Positions 54,628 to 64,000 of a stretch of DNA of 64,000 bases are shown here, in pieces. The notes under the pieces are model-generated. The model was not told where the DNA came from. It made no database searches and saw nothing but the letters and a program-made list of their open reading frames with translations. Positions within the stretch are counted from its first letter, which is position 1; each line of letters opens with the position of its first letter. The stretch covers positions 11,055 through 75,054 of the forward strand of contig JAJZLH010000010.1 of the NCBI GenBank assembly GCA_021803575.1, in the 5' to 3' direction. This DNA comes from Bacillota bacterium. GTDB lineage: Bacteria; Bacillota; Sulfobacillia; JAJZYS01; JAJZLH01. Made by a program: the position numbers and the translations under genes.

Positions 54628-55523
54628 TGCGTCCCGGGCGCATCGAGATGGCGATGGTCGGCTCACTCTTGGCCGTGACGGCGGTGTGGGGGCTCACCTT
54701 CGTCACGGTGCAGCAGGCGGTGGCCGGCTTTCCAGTGCTGGCCTTCGTCGGCTGGCGGTTTGTGGCGGCTGCCGTCCTGCTCTTGCCCTTCACCTGGCGC
54801 AGCCTGGCCCAGATGGGCTGGCGGGGGGTGGTGAGCGGGCTGTGGATCGGGGTCTTCCTGGCCGCCGGTTACGTGCTGCAGACCTTCGGCCTCACCCTCT
54901 TGCCGGTGCCGACGGTCGGCTTCATCACCGGGCTGGTAGTGATCCTGACGCCGCTTCTGGCGGTGATCGTGCTACACCACCGGCCGCCGGCCGTGGTGTG
55001 GGCCGGTGCCGCCATCGCCACCGTCGGGCTGTGGCTCTTGACCGGGGCCGGCCGGGGCTTTGGCGTGGGCGACCTCCTGGTGCTGGCCAGTGCGCTGGCC
55101 TTCGCCGCCCAGATCCTCGGCACCGAGGACGCCGTCCGCCGCTTCCCCTTCGGGGGCCTGGTGCTGGTGGAGACGGCCCTGACCGGTCTCCTGGGCCTGG
55201 GCGCCGCCAGCCTCACTCACCAGCTGGCCTGGCCCCATCTGGCCGTCACCTGGTGGGCGCTCGGGATCACGGCGGTGTTCGCCAGCGTGGGCGGCGGCCT
55301 GGTGCAGGGCTGGGTGCAGACCCGGCTGGCGGCCGCCCGCGCCGCCGTGATCATGAGCGCAGAACCGGCCTTCGCCGCCCTCTTTGCCTATCTGCTCCAG
55401 GGCGCCCTGCTCAGTGCCATCGGCTGGGTGGGCGCCATATTGATCATGGTGGCGGTGCTATTGGTGGAAGTGAGGCCAGCCCTGGGCAGAAGGCGCCGCC
55501 TCAAGGCCGAGGCGGAACCCTGA
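54624..55523 (+). CDS. EamA/DMT-superfamily transporter
   Basis: 10 TM; two EamA repeats; overlaps the mug stop. Confidence 0.75.
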   Translation: MMRPGRIEMAMVGSLLAVTAVWGLTFVTVQQAVAGFPVLAFVGWRFVAAAVLLLPFTWRSLAQMGWRGVVSGLWIGVFLAAGYVLQTFGLTLLPVPTVGFITGLVVILTPLLAVIVLHHRPPAVVWAGAAIATVGLWLLTGAGRGFGVGDLLVLASALAFAAQILGTEDAVRRFPFGGLVLVETALTGLLGLGAASLTHQLAWPHLAVTWWALGITAVFASVGGGLVQGWVQTRLAAARAAVIMSAEPAFAALFAYLLQGALLSAIGWVGAILIMVAVLLVEVRPALGRRRRLKAEAEP

Positions 55524-55536
55524 ACCGGGCGTTCCT

Positions 55537-56781
55537 CTAGGCAGGCTGGGTGGCCCAGCGCCCTTTCCGGAAGATGGCGACCGTCTTGCCGGCTGCCGTC
55601 TCGGCGTCGATGGAGAGATCCTGGCTGCCGACCATGAAGTCGACGTGGGTCATGCTCACGTTGCCGCCCTTCTCCAGGAGGTCCTGGTCGGAGGCCACCT
55701 CCGCACCGTCGGTCAGGGTGTTGGGGTAGGCGGCGCCGATCGCCAGGTGGCAGGAGGCGTTCTCGTCAAACAGGGTGTTGTAGTAGAGGATGCCGGACTG
55801 GGCGATCGGGGAGTCGACCGGTACCAGTGCCACCTCGCCCAGGTAGCGCGAGCCGTCATCGGTCTCGATCACCTGGCCGAGGGCGTCCTGGCCGGTGGAC
55901 GCGCTGTACGAGACGATGCGGCCGTCTTTGAAGGTGAGGGCGATGCCGTCGATCAGCTGACCGGAGTGGGAGAGCGGCATGGTGCTTTGCACCGTGCCCT
56001 GGACGCCGGTGCGGAGCGGCAGCGTGAACACCTCTTCGGTCGGGATGTTGGGAGAGGTGGCGTAGCCGACGGAGCGCCGCTGGCCAGACGCCACCCACTG
56101 GTGGGTGGGCGGCAGCCCCACCGTGAGGTCCGTGCCCGGGCCCTGGTAGTGGAGCTGGCGGATGGAGAGCCCGTTCAGCCAGGCCACCCGGGCCTGCAGG
56201 TTGGCGATGTGGGCGTGCCAGGCAGCGATCGGGTCCGGGCCGTCCACCCGGCTGGCCCGCTGAATGGCCTGCCAGAGCAGGTCCATGGCCTGGTCCTCGG
56301 GCGTGTCGGGGAAGACCTTCTTCGCCCAGGCCGGGGCCGGGGCGGCGATGATCGACCAGGCCGCCCGGTGGCTGAGCAGGTAGGGCCGGTAGTTGACCAT
56401 CGCCTGCTGAGCGGCCTTCATCGACATGGCGACCCTGGCCGGTGGCACAGAGGAGAGCAGCTCCGGGTCTGAGCCGAGCACAGACAGGAATGCGGTGCCG
56501 CCCTTGGCCTCGGTTTCCAGTCCGTCGGCGATCCACTGCGGGAACTCGGCGAGCCCGGCCTCCGGCGCCATCTCCAGCCGGATCTTGCCCAACAGCTCGT
56601 CGTGGAAGTCAGCCTTCACGTCCCGGGCTCCGGCCTCGTAGGCCGCTCTGGCCACGGCCCTCACCAGGGCGGCGTGGGCGACCGGCGAGTTCACCCACAG
56701 CCGTTGGCCGGGCTGCAGGTTGACGCCGAGGCGTACGGCCACCTCGGCCAGGGGGGCGAAGTCGCGCTCAGTGAGGGACAT
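55537..56781 (-). CDS. M29-family aminopeptidase (AmpS / aminopeptidase T-like), copy 1
   Basis: 'MSLTERDFAPLAEVAVRLGVNLQPGQ' start; 'YNTLFDENASCHLAIG', 'THVDFMVG' metal-site motifs. Confidence 0.8.
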   Translation of the reverse strand: MSLTERDFAPLAEVAVRLGVNLQPGQRLWVNSPVAHAALVRAVARAAYEAGARDVKADFHDELLGKIRLEMAPEAGLAEFPQWIADGLETEAKGGTAFLSVLGSDPELLSSVPPARVAMSMKAAQQAMVNYRPYLLSHRAAWSIIAAPAPAWAKKVFPDTPEDQAMDLLWQAIQRASRVDGPDPIAAWHAHIANLQARVAWLNGLSIRQLHYQGPGTDLTVGLPPTHQWVASGQRRSVGYATSPNIPTEEVFTLPLRTGVQGTVQSTMPLSHSGQLIDGIALTFKDGRIVSYSASTGQDALGQVIETDDGSRYLGEVALVPVDSPIAQSGILYYNTLFDENASCHLAIGAAYPNTLTDGAEVASDQDLLEKGGNVSMTHVDFMVGSQDLSIDAETAAGKTVAIFRKGRWATQPA

Positions 56782-56832
56782 CTCGATCTTCCTTTCTGTG
56801 GTTGAACAGCCGGCAGCGAAGAGGGGCGGGGC

Positions 56833-58074
56833 TCAGATAGCCGTGGCCCAGCGCCCCTCCCGGAAGATGGGCACGCTTGCGCCGGAGCGGGTCAGGGCGT
56901 CGATCGCCAGATCGGCGGCGCCGACCATGAAGTCGACGTGGGTGAGGCTGACGTTGCCGCCCTTGGCCAGGAACACCTCATCGGAGGTGACCTCCTCGCC
57001 GTCGGTGAGGGTGAACGGGTAGGCGCGGCCGATGGCCAGGTGGCAGGAGGCGTTTTCGTCGAACAGGGTGTTGTAGAAGAGCACATCGGCCTTGGCGATC
57101 GGTGAGTCGACAGGCACCAGGGACACCTCGCCCAGGTAGTGCGAGCCCTCGTCGGTCTCGATCAGCTCCCTGAGGTTGTCCTCCGCCCGGTCGGCGCCAA
57201 AGGAGACGATGCGGCCGCCCTCAAAGGTGAGGCGGATGCCCTCGATCACCTGTCCGGCGTAGGCCAGCGGCTTGGTGCTGCGCACCGTGCCGTCGACCCG
57301 CCCCCGCTCCGGCAGGGTGAACACCTCCTCGGTCGGGATGTTGGCCACGTACTCGGTGCCGGCGGCGTTCTTTTGCCCGGCCGCCACCCACAGGTGGCTG
57401 GGCGGGAGCCCGACCGTGAGGTCGGTGCCCACCGCCCGGTAGTGCAGACGATCGATGCCCAGGCCGTTCAGCCAGTTAGCCCGGAGCTGCAGGCTGGCCA
57501 CGTGGCTCCGCCAGTTGCCGACCGGATCTGGGCCCTCGAGCCGGCTCGCCCGCTGGATCGCCTGCCACAGGGCCTCGACCGCCTCCGGCTCGGAGCGGCC
57601 GGGGAAGACCTTCCGGGCCCAGGCGGCGGTGGGCAGAGAGATGATCGACCAGGCCACCCGGCCGGCCATGATGTGGTCGCGGAAGGCGGCCGTGGCCTCC
57701 TCGGCCGCCCGCATGGCGATCGCCGTGCGCTCCGGCGGCACGCCGGCCAGGAGGTCCGGGTCCGAGCCCACCACCGACAGAAAGCAGCAGCCGCCCTCGG
57801 CCTCCTGGGCCAGGCCGTCCGCCAGCCACTTGGGGAAGTAGCGCAGACCCTCCTCCGGTGCCAGCTGCATGGTGATGCGGGACAGGAGGTCATCGTCGAA
57901 CAGGGTGAGGACGCTCCCGGCACCAGCCTGATAGGCAGCCTCCGCCACCTGGCGGACCAGGGGCGCCGCCTCGACGGGGCCCGTGATCACCAGGCGCTGG
58001 CCCGGCTGAACGTTCAGTCCGATCTCCACCGCCACCTTGGCCATGGCCGAAAAGTCCCGCTTCTCAAGCGACAA
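56833..58074 (-). CDS. M29-family aminopeptidase, copy 2 (tandem paralog)
   Basis: Co-linear with copy 1 at roughly 55-60% identity by eye; same motifs ('YNTLFDENASCHLAIG', 'THVDFMVG'). Confidence 0.8.
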   Translation of the reverse strand: MSLEKRDFSAMAKVAVEIGLNVQPGQRLVITGPVEAAPLVRQVAEAAYQAGAGSVLTLFDDDLLSRITMQLAPEEGLRYFPKWLADGLAQEAEGGCCFLSVVGSDPDLLAGVPPERTAIAMRAAEEATAAFRDHIMAGRVAWSIISLPTAAWARKVFPGRSEPEAVEALWQAIQRASRLEGPDPVGNWRSHVASLQLRANWLNGLGIDRLHYRAVGTDLTVGLPPSHLWVAAGQKNAAGTEYVANIPTEEVFTLPERGRVDGTVRSTKPLAYAGQVIEGIRLTFEGGRIVSFGADRAEDNLRELIETDEGSHYLGEVSLVPVDSPIAKADVLFYNTLFDENASCHLAIGRAYPFTLTDGEEVTSDEVFLAKGGNVSLTHVDFMVGAADLAIDALTRSGASVPIFREGRWATAI

Positions 58075-58214
58075 ACCGTCACAACCCTTCTCAAAATGGG
58101 CGCAGACACACCGCCCCCGCTTCGACAGGGCCGGCGGCCATCCTCTCCGCTCCTGGAGGATCGGTGCCCAGACAAGGGGAAGACCCCACGGCGACCGACT
58201 GGGGGAGGGTGGCC

Positions 58215-59156
58215 ATGCTCCAGGCCGAGGACCTGGTCAAGCGGTTCAAAAGCCGCACCGGTCTCATCACGGCCGTCGACCGCATCTCGCTGGCGGTCGA
58301 GGGCGGCGAGGTGCTGGCCTTCCTGGGGCCGAACGGGGCGGGCAAGACCACCACCATCAAGATGGTGGCCGGACTGATCCGGCCGGACGGCGGCCGGGTT
58401 CTGCTTGATGGCTTGGACGTGACAGGCCGCCCGGCCAGAGCGGCGGCCAGCCTCGGCGCCGTGCTGGAGGGCAGCCGCAACCTGTACTGGCGGCTGACTG
58501 CCTTGGAGAATCTGATCTACTGGGGCACGCTTCGCCGGCTCAGCCCGCGGCAGGCCAGGCTGCGGGCCGGAGAGCTCTTGCGGCTGGTCGATCTGGAAGA
58601 TCGCCAGCACAACTCCGTGCAGACGCTCTCCCGCGGCATGCAGCAGAAGCTGGCGCTCTGCCAGGCGCTGATGCACCGGCCCCGGCTACTCCTGCTCGAT
58701 GAACCGACCCTGGGCCTCGACTTTGCCTCTGCCGAGGCGATCAAGGCCACCGTCCGCCAGCTGGCCAGAGACGGCGTGGCGATCTTGCTCACCACCCACC
58801 AGATGGATGTGGCCCAGGAGCTGGCCGACCGGGTGGCGATCATCCGAACGGGCCGGCTGGTGCTGACCGGCCTCACCGCCGAGGTTCTGGAGAGCTACAG
58901 CCGGCCGGTGTGGCGGATCTTGACCCGAGGGCCGCTCGGCCCCGAGCAGGTGGCGGCGGTGCGGGGCCTGGGCTGGCCGCTCGAGCAGGCCGGGCCCGAG
59001 GACCTCTTGGTCACCACCCCGGACGGCGACGCCCAGGCCATCTACCGCCTGCTCGAGCTGCTCAGACCAACGCCGATCCGCCTCGTCGAACGCCATCAGG
59101 CCGACTTGGCCGAGGTGTTCCAGCAGGTGGTGTCGGGGACGGGTGAGGCGTCTTGA
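58215..59156 (+). CDS. ABC-2-type (DrrA-like) transporter ATP-binding protein
   Basis: ATG at M18 of ORF preceded by GGGGGAGGG. 'GPNGAGKTT', 'LSRGMQQKL', 'LLLDEPTLGLD'. Confidence 0.85.
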   Translation: MLQAEDLVKRFKSRTGLITAVDRISLAVEGGEVLAFLGPNGAGKTTTIKMVAGLIRPDGGRVLLDGLDVTGRPARAAASLGAVLEGSRNLYWRLTALENLIYWGTLRRLSPRQARLRAGELLRLVDLEDRQHNSVQTLSRGMQQKLALCQALMHRPRLLLLDEPTLGLDFASAEAIKATVRQLARDGVAILLTTHQMDVAQELADRVAIIRTGRLVLTGLTAEVLESYSRPVWRILTRGPLGPEQVAAVRGLGWPLEQAGPEDLLVTTPDGDAQAIYRLLELLRPTPIRLVERHQADLAEVFQQVVSGTGEAS

Positions 59157-59929
59157 TCGCCCTCCTGGTCGCCGAGTGGCGGCGCATGCTGATCGACTTG
59201 GTCAGATACCCCTTGGAGACGGTGTCGATGATGGTGGTCATGTTCGCGGTCTTTGCCGGCATGTTCTTCGGCGCCAGCTACCTCACCCAGGCCCCGATCA
59301 GCGGTCCGAACCTGACCGGCGTGGTGATCGGCTACGCGGTCTGGACTCTAGTCATGAACGCCACCGGATTCATGGGCTACAGCATCCAGAACGAGGCGCA
59401 GAACGGCACCCTGGAACAGGTCATGCTGGCGCCGTGGCGCACGGTGCAGATCTTCTTGGTCAGGGGCGTGATGGACATCCTAGAGATGCTGATCCCGGTG
59501 CTGGCGGTGCTGGCGGGCCTGGTGGCGCTGTCTGGAGCTCACCTCCTGTGGCGGCCGATCGCCCTGGTTCCGGCCCTGATGACGATCGTCACTGCCTGGG
59601 GCATTGGCCTCCTGATGGCCGCCCTGGCGCTTGTCTTTAAGCGCATGTCCCAGCTGCAGCTGATGATCCAGTTCGCCCTGCTCTTCATCATCATCGCACC
59701 CATCACCAACCTTGGCGGGGCCTGGGGAGTCGGGCTGGGCGTGCTGGCGCCCCTGTCCGTTCAGGTCAGCGTACTGCACACCGCCCTGGGCGTAGCGGCG
59801 GCCCCGGCCTCCCTCACCATGTGGTGGGAGGCGGCGGGAGACATGGTGCTGTGGTTCGGACTGGGCGTTTGGCTCCTCGGCGGCGCCGACCGCCTGGCCA
59901 GGCAGCGGGGCATCGTTGGCCACTACTGA
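59153..59929 (+). CDS. ABC-2 family transporter permease
   Basis: TTG start overlapping the ATPase stop (TTGA); 6 TM. Confidence 0.7.
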   Translation: MIALLVAEWRRMLIDLVRYPLETVSMMVVMFAVFAGMFFGASYLTQAPISGPNLTGVVIGYAVWTLVMNATGFMGYSIQNEAQNGTLEQVMLAPWRTVQIFLVRGVMDILEMLIPVLAVLAGLVALSGAHLLWRPIALVPALMTIVTAWGIGLLMAALALVFKRMSQLQLMIQFALLFIIIAPITNLGGAWGVGLGVLAPLSVQVSVLHTALGVAAAPASLTMWWEAAGDMVLWFGLGVWLLGGADRLARQRGIVGHY

Positions 59930-59975
59930 GCCGGCCCGAGGAGGCCACGGCAAGAGGCGGAGGGGGACGGCAAGG

Positions 59976-62498
59976 GTGGCCGAGGCGACGCCGGTGATGC
60001 GCCAGTATCAGGCGCTGAAGGAGCGCTACCCCGGCGCCCTCCTCTTCTTCCGGCTGGGCGACTTCTTCGAGCTGTTCGGCGAGGATGCCCAGCTGGCGGC
60101 CAGAGAGCTGGACCTGGTGCTGACCAGCCGGGACGGTGAGACGCCGATGTGCGGCGTGCCCAGGCACGCCCTTGACACCTATCTCGGTCGGCTGATGGAG
60201 AAGGGGTACCGGGTCGCCCTGGCCGAGCAGATGGAAAGCGCCGGCCAAGCCAAGGGGCTGGTCCGCCGGGAGGTGGTGCGCCTCGTCACGCCGGCCACCT
60301 GGGTCGAGGGCGGCGAGGACCGGATCAGCCGCCTGGCCGCCGTCGCCACCTCGGCTGAGGGCTCGGCCGTGGCCTGGCTGGAGCCGGCGGCCGGCCGCTT
60401 CGAGGCCAGCGTGTTCGGCGGCCCAGACCACCTCGACCAGGCGCTCAGGTGGGCCGAGCACCTGGCCCCGGTGGAGTGGGTGGCGGTGGGCGAGCTCGCC
60501 GCACACCGCCTGGCCGGACTGGCCGCCACCAACCCGGACGGCCTGCCGCCGGCCGATCAGACGGCGCTTCTGGCCATGACCAGCCACCTGGACGGATGGC
60601 CGGAGGTGGTCCAGGCGGCGGTGCGGGCCGGCGCCGACTACCTGCTGCGCACCCACCCCGGCGCCGGCCGGGCCATGGAGAGAGCGCACCTGGCAGCGGT
60701 CGGCGGCGAGATGGAGATCGACCCTGGCACCTGGCGTCAGCTGGAGATCACGCGGCGGGCCAGCGGCGAGCGGGGCAGCGGCACGCTCATTTCGGTCCTG
60801 GACGAGACCCTGACCGGACCGGGTCGGCACGCCCTGATCAGTTGGCTGGAGGCGCCCTTGGCCGATATCCCGGCGATCAGGCACCGCCAGCAGGCAGTGT
60901 CGGCTCTGGTAAGAGACGGCGTGCTCCGGGCCCAGCTGCGACGCGAGCTGGCGCCGGTCAAGGACATCCAGCGCACCCTGGCCAAGGCAGCGATCGGTGT
61001 CCTGGCGCCCGCCGACCTCATCCGGCTGGCGGCCACCCTGGAGGCGGCTAGCCGGCTGGAAGGACGCCTGGCCGGGCAGGGTGGCCTCCTGGGTGAGCTG
61101 GGCGCCGACCTGGCCGCTCCCCGGGAGCTGGCCGGGCGGATCGGGCGCACCATCGTCGACCAGCCGCCCTTGCAGTGGCGAGACGGGGGCTTCGTGCGCC
61201 CTGGTGCCACTGAGGAGCTCGACCGGCTGCGCAGCCTGGAGGAGGACTCGCACCAGCTGATGCTCGCCTTGGAGCAGCGGCTGCGCACGGAGACCGGCAT
61301 CCGCAATCTGAAGCTCGGCTACAATCGGGTGTTCGGCTACTACCTGGAGGTGGCCAGGTCCCAGCTCGACCTGGTGCCCCATAGCTGGGTGCACAAGCAG
61401 ACGGTGGCTGGCGGCGAGAGGCTTCTGACGCCGGAGCTGAAGGAGCTCGAAGCGTCGATCCTCGGTGCCGGAGAGGCCGCTCTCGCTCTGGAGATGGAGG
61501 TGCTGCAGGGCCTGACCGAGGCCCTCCTGGCCGAGAGGGAGACTCTCGGCCGGGTGGGGCGCGCCCTCGCCGCGGTGGACGGCCTGCAGTCGCTGGCCGA
61601 AGTGGCGGTGAGGCGCCGCTACGCCTGCCCCCAGATCGTGGCCGAGCCCACGCTCTCCATCCAGGAAGGGCGCCACCCGGTGGTGGAGGCCGAGGCCGGG
61701 AACTTTGTACCAAACGACCTGGTGCTGGATGCCGAGACCCGGCTGTTGATCGTGACCGGGCCGAACATGGGCGGCAAGAGCACCTATCTCCGCCAGGCGG
61801 CGCTGATCGTCCTGCTGGCCCAGATCGGCTCCTTCGTGCCGGCCAAGGCGGCCACGGTCGGCCTGGTCGACCGCCTCTTCTCCCGCATCGGCTCCGGCGA
61901 CGACCTGGCCGGCGGCCGCTCCACCTTCTTCATGGAGATGGAGGAGGTGGCCCACATCCTGGAGCGGGCCACCGCACAGAGCCTGGTGCTGCTGGATGAG
62001 GTCGGCCGCGGCACCTCCACCTATGACGGCATTGCCGTCGCCCAGGCCGTGGTGGAGCACCTGCACCAGGAGAACCGCTGCCGGGCCCTGGTGGCCACGC
62101 ACTTTCTGGAGCTGACCGCCCTGTCGCGCCAGCTGCCTGGCGTGGCCAACCGGGCGGTGACCGCCCTGGAGCAGGGAGAGCGCGTGGTGTTCCTGCGCCG
62201 GGTGGTGGAGGGAACGGCCGACCGCTCCTACGGCGTCCACGTGGCAGGGCTAGCCGGCGTGCCCCCGGCCGTTCTGGCCCGGGCCCGCCAGATCCTGGAG
62301 GAGCTGGAGGTCAGCTCGGAGGAGCGGGTGCGCTGGGACAGCCAGCAGCTTCGCTTCGCCCTGCACGAGCCGGTGGCCCGGCTCGAGCCGGAGGCGCTGC
62401 GCCGGCTCAGGGAGCTCAACCCGGACGAGATCACACCACGGCAGGCCCTCCAGATCCTGTTCGAACTCCACCACCTGGCTGAGGAGGAACCGTCGTGA
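59976..62498 (+). CDS. mutS: DNA mismatch repair protein MutS
   Basis: GTG at V21 of ORF preceded by GGAGGGGGA. N-terminus '(M)AEATPVMRQYQALKERYPGALLFFRLGDFFELF' parallels B. subtilis 'MAGYTPMIQQYLKIK...FFRLGDFYEMF'. Walker A 'GPNMGGKST'. Confidence 0.9.
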   Translation: MAEATPVMRQYQALKERYPGALLFFRLGDFFELFGEDAQLAARELDLVLTSRDGETPMCGVPRHALDTYLGRLMEKGYRVALAEQMESAGQAKGLVRREVVRLVTPATWVEGGEDRISRLAAVATSAEGSAVAWLEPAAGRFEASVFGGPDHLDQALRWAEHLAPVEWVAVGELAAHRLAGLAATNPDGLPPADQTALLAMTSHLDGWPEVVQAAVRAGADYLLRTHPGAGRAMERAHLAAVGGEMEIDPGTWRQLEITRRASGERGSGTLISVLDETLTGPGRHALISWLEAPLADIPAIRHRQQAVSALVRDGVLRAQLRRELAPVKDIQRTLAKAAIGVLAPADLIRLAATLEAASRLEGRLAGQGGLLGELGADLAAPRELAGRIGRTIVDQPPLQWRDGGFVRPGATEELDRLRSLEEDSHQLMLALEQRLRTETGIRNLKLGYNRVFGYYLEVARSQLDLVPHSWVHKQTVAGGERLLTPELKELEASILGAGEAALALEMEVLQGLTEALLAERETLGRVGRALAAVDGLQSLAEVAVRRRYACPQIVAEPTLSIQEGRHPVVEAEAGNFVPNDLVLDAETRLLIVTGPNMGGKSTYLRQAALIVLLAQIGSFVPAKAATVGLVDRLFSRIGSGDDLAGGRSTFFMEMEEVAHILERATAQSLVLLDEVGRGTSTYDGIAVAQAVVEHLHQENRCRALVATHFLELTALSRQLPGVANRAVTALEQGERVVFLRRVVEGTADRSYGVHVAGLAGVPPAVLARARQILEELEVSSEERVRWDSQQLRFALHEPVARLEPEALRRLRELNPDEITPRQALQILFELHHLAEEEPS

Positions 62499-64000
62499 GC
62501 GCCATCCAGGTCCTGGCCGACGACCTGATCAACGCCATCGCCGCCGGCGAGGTGGTGGAGCGGCCGGCGTCGTGTGCCAAGGAGCTGGTCGAGAACTCGC
62601 TGGACGCCGGAGCGAGCTGGGTTGAGGTCAGCTATCGGCAGGGCGGGCTGAGCGAGATCAGCGTCAGGGACAACGGACGGGGCATCCCGGCCCAAGAGGT
62701 GGCGCTGGCCTTCGAGCGCCACGCCACCAGCAAGCTGGCCGCCTTCAGCGACCTGGACAAGATCACCACCTTGGGCTTTCGCGGCGAAGCCCTGCCGGCC
62801 ATCGCCCAGGTCAGCCGCCTGGAGATGGTGACCCGCACGGCGGACGAGCCGAACGCCACCCGGGTCGTGATCGAAGGCGGCCGCCTCCTCCTCAGGGAGA
62901 AGGTGGCAGCCGCCAGCGGCACCCGGGTGGCGGTCCAGGACCTGTTCTTCAACACGCCGGCCCGGCTGGCCCATCTGCGCAGCACCGACGGCGAGGGCGC
63001 CCGGCTGGTCCAGGAGATGAGCCGCCTGGCGCTCTCCCAGCCGGGGGTCGGCTTTCGGGTCACCACCGACCAGCGGCTGGTGCTGGCCACGTCCGGAGAT
63101 GGCGACCTCCTGGCGGCGGCGGCGGCGGTCTGGGGGCTGGAAGTGGCGGAGGCCCTTGTGCCTATCTTTGACCAATACGGTGAGGTGACGATCAGCGGCC
63201 TGGTCTCGCGCCCCCACCAGTCCCGAGCCAACCGGCAGGCCCAGCTGGCGGTGGTGAACGGGAGGGCGGTGAACAATCCGCGGCTGCGCTACGCCGCTGA
63301 ACAGGCCTACCGGGAGCACCTGATGCGCGGCCGCTTCCCCTACCTCGTGCTGTGCGTGGACGTGCCGGTCCAGAGCGTGGACCCCAACGTGCACCCCAGC
63401 AAGTGGGAGGTGCGGCTGCGCGCCGAGGACGAGCTGGCCTCGCACATCTACGAGGCGTGCCGGCGCGCCCTCGGCCTGGAGCGCCGTCCGGAGATGTCCA
63501 GGCCGGCCTGGGCTGAACAGGCGCCCTCGGCGGCCAGTGCCGGGCCCACTCCGGCGCATGACGCAGGGGCCCAGATCGGCTTCGCCGCGGTGCGGACGGC
63601 CGCCAGTGCCACCGGCCTCGGCCCGCCGCCCGAGGCGATCAGCCAGGTGAACGAGCTGTTCTTAGTGGCGGTGGATGCGGATTCGCTCTACCTGATCGAC
63701 CAGCACGCCGCCCATGAGCGGGTCGCCTTCGAGGCCTTGGCCGGCGCCGGGGCCAGGCAGGCCCAGCTCCTTTTGGAGCCGGTGCGCGTCCGCCTCCTGC
63801 CGGAGGAGGCCGAGCGGCTGGGGTCGCTCGCTCCTGAGCTTGAGGAGATGGGGCTGGAGGTCGCGGCCCTGGGCCCGGGCGGCGAGGTGGTGGTGCGCAG
63901 CCTGCCCGAGGACCTGGCCGACGCCGCCCACGGCGAGCCGCTGCGCGCCTTGCTCAGCGATCTGGCCGCCGCCGCCTCCTGGACGGAGGCCGAGGAGAGG
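62495..64000 (+). CDS. mutL: DNA mismatch repair protein MutL (GHKL ATPase); 3' end lies beyond the window
   Basis: GTG overlaps the mutS stop (GTGA). 'LVENSLDAGAS', 'VRDNGRGI', 'LGFRGEAL' GHKL motifs. Frame is still open at nt 64000. Confidence 0.9.
   Translation, partial: MSAIQVLADDLINAIAAGEVVERPASCAKELVENSLDAGASWVEVSYRQGGLSEISVRDNGRGIPAQEVALAFERHATSKLAAFSDLDKITTLGFRGEALPAIAQVSRLEMVTRTADEPNATRVVIEGGRLLLREKVAAASGTRVAVQDLFFNTPARLAHLRSTDGEGARLVQEMSRLALSQPGVGFRVTTDQRLVLATSGDGDLLAAAAAVWGLEVAEALVPIFDQYGEVTISGLVSRPHQSRANRQAQLAVVNGRAVNNPRLRYAAEQAYREHLMRGRFPYLVLCVDVPVQSVDPNVHPSKWEVRLRAEDELASHIYEACRRALGLERRPEMSRPAWAEQAPSAASAGPTPAHDAGAQIGFAAVRTAASATGLGPPPEAISQVNELFLVAVDADSLYLIDQHAAHERVAFEALAGAGARQAQLLLEPVRVRLLPEEAERLGSLAPELEEMGLEVAALGPGGEVVVRSLPEDLADAAHGEPLRALLSDLAAAASWTEAEER

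Noticed and set aside
59814-62240. 808-aa ORF antisense to mutS
   Set aside because: Same GC-content artefact: no RBS, and a Gly/Arg/Ala-rich product overlapping a conserved gene.
1-64000. CRISPR arrays, IS elements, integrases or prophage genes
   Set aside because: No direct-repeat arrays, transposase/integrase/recombinase ORFs or phage structural genes were seen. The lone tRNA-Ala has no adjacent integrase or attachment-site-like repeats.

Overview
This 64-kb window is very GC-rich (about 70% by eye, not computed), densely coding, and almost entirely chromosomal housekeeping; no IS/transposase/integrase/phage genes and no CRISPR array were found. Gene order is strongly Bacillota-like despite the high GC: dcw cluster, then ftsZ...pgeF-yggS-sepF-yggT-divIVA, then ileS-lspA-rluD-pyrR-pyrB-pyrC-carA-carB-pyrK-pyrD-pyrF-pyrE. 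By inference the source is a high-GC Firmicute-type lineage (Symbiobacterium/Thermaerobacter/Limnochordia-like); this is not proven.

Layout:
- 1-2414: 3' end of a DnaE-family polymerase, a conserved hypothetical, and an SRAP (MCGRY) abasic-site peptidase.
- 2420-6641: VOC protein, secreted hypothetical, SDR, small membrane protein, PatB-type C-S lyase.
- 6895-9339: MFS transporter fused to an LPLAT acyltransferase domain.
- 9371-9981: a 59-aa Lys-rich 11-mer-repeat protein below the ORF-track cut-off (AT-rich upstream island, strong SD) and a tRNA-Ala(CGC).
- 10082-20716: reduced dcw cluster (mraZ-rsmH-ftsL-murE-murF-mraY-ftsW-murG-murB-ftsQ-ftsZ) with no ftsI/murD/murC/ddl/ftsA.
- 20764-24268: antisense creatininase-family gene, then pgeF-yggS-sepF-yggT-divIVA.
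- 24270-26908: a four-gene accessory insertion that breaks the divIVA-ileS adjacency. It holds a beta-class DNA amino-methyltransferase starting 1 nt after divIVA, and a convergent three-gene operon (DODA/LigB-like protein with substituted metal ligands, unknown 141-aa protein, SpoIIM/DUF95-like membrane protein).
- 27057-27306: T-box leader with intrinsic terminator upstream of ileS.
- 27328-44903: co-directional, translationally coupled block running ileS through pyrE and on into acyl-CoA thioesterase, thiolase, 3-hydroxybutyryl-CoA dehydrogenase and endonuclease IV.
- 45028-47315: lipoprotein with terminator, and rqcH.
- 47407-52730: NitT/TauT-type ABC transporter (fused double permease; ATPase with C-terminal extension) plus M20 and M55 (DppA) peptidases.
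- 52766-55523: miaB-mug-eamA.
- 55537-59929: tandem M29 aminopeptidase paralogs and an ABC-2 exporter.
- 59976-64000: mutS and mutL (3'-truncated).

The best candidates for something undescribed are the divIVA-linked methyltransferase island and the unannotated Lys-rich repeat protein. Coordinates for gene starts were derived from ORF-track frames and residue arithmetic; coordinates of RNA and regulatory elements come from direct reading and may be off by 1-2 nt.
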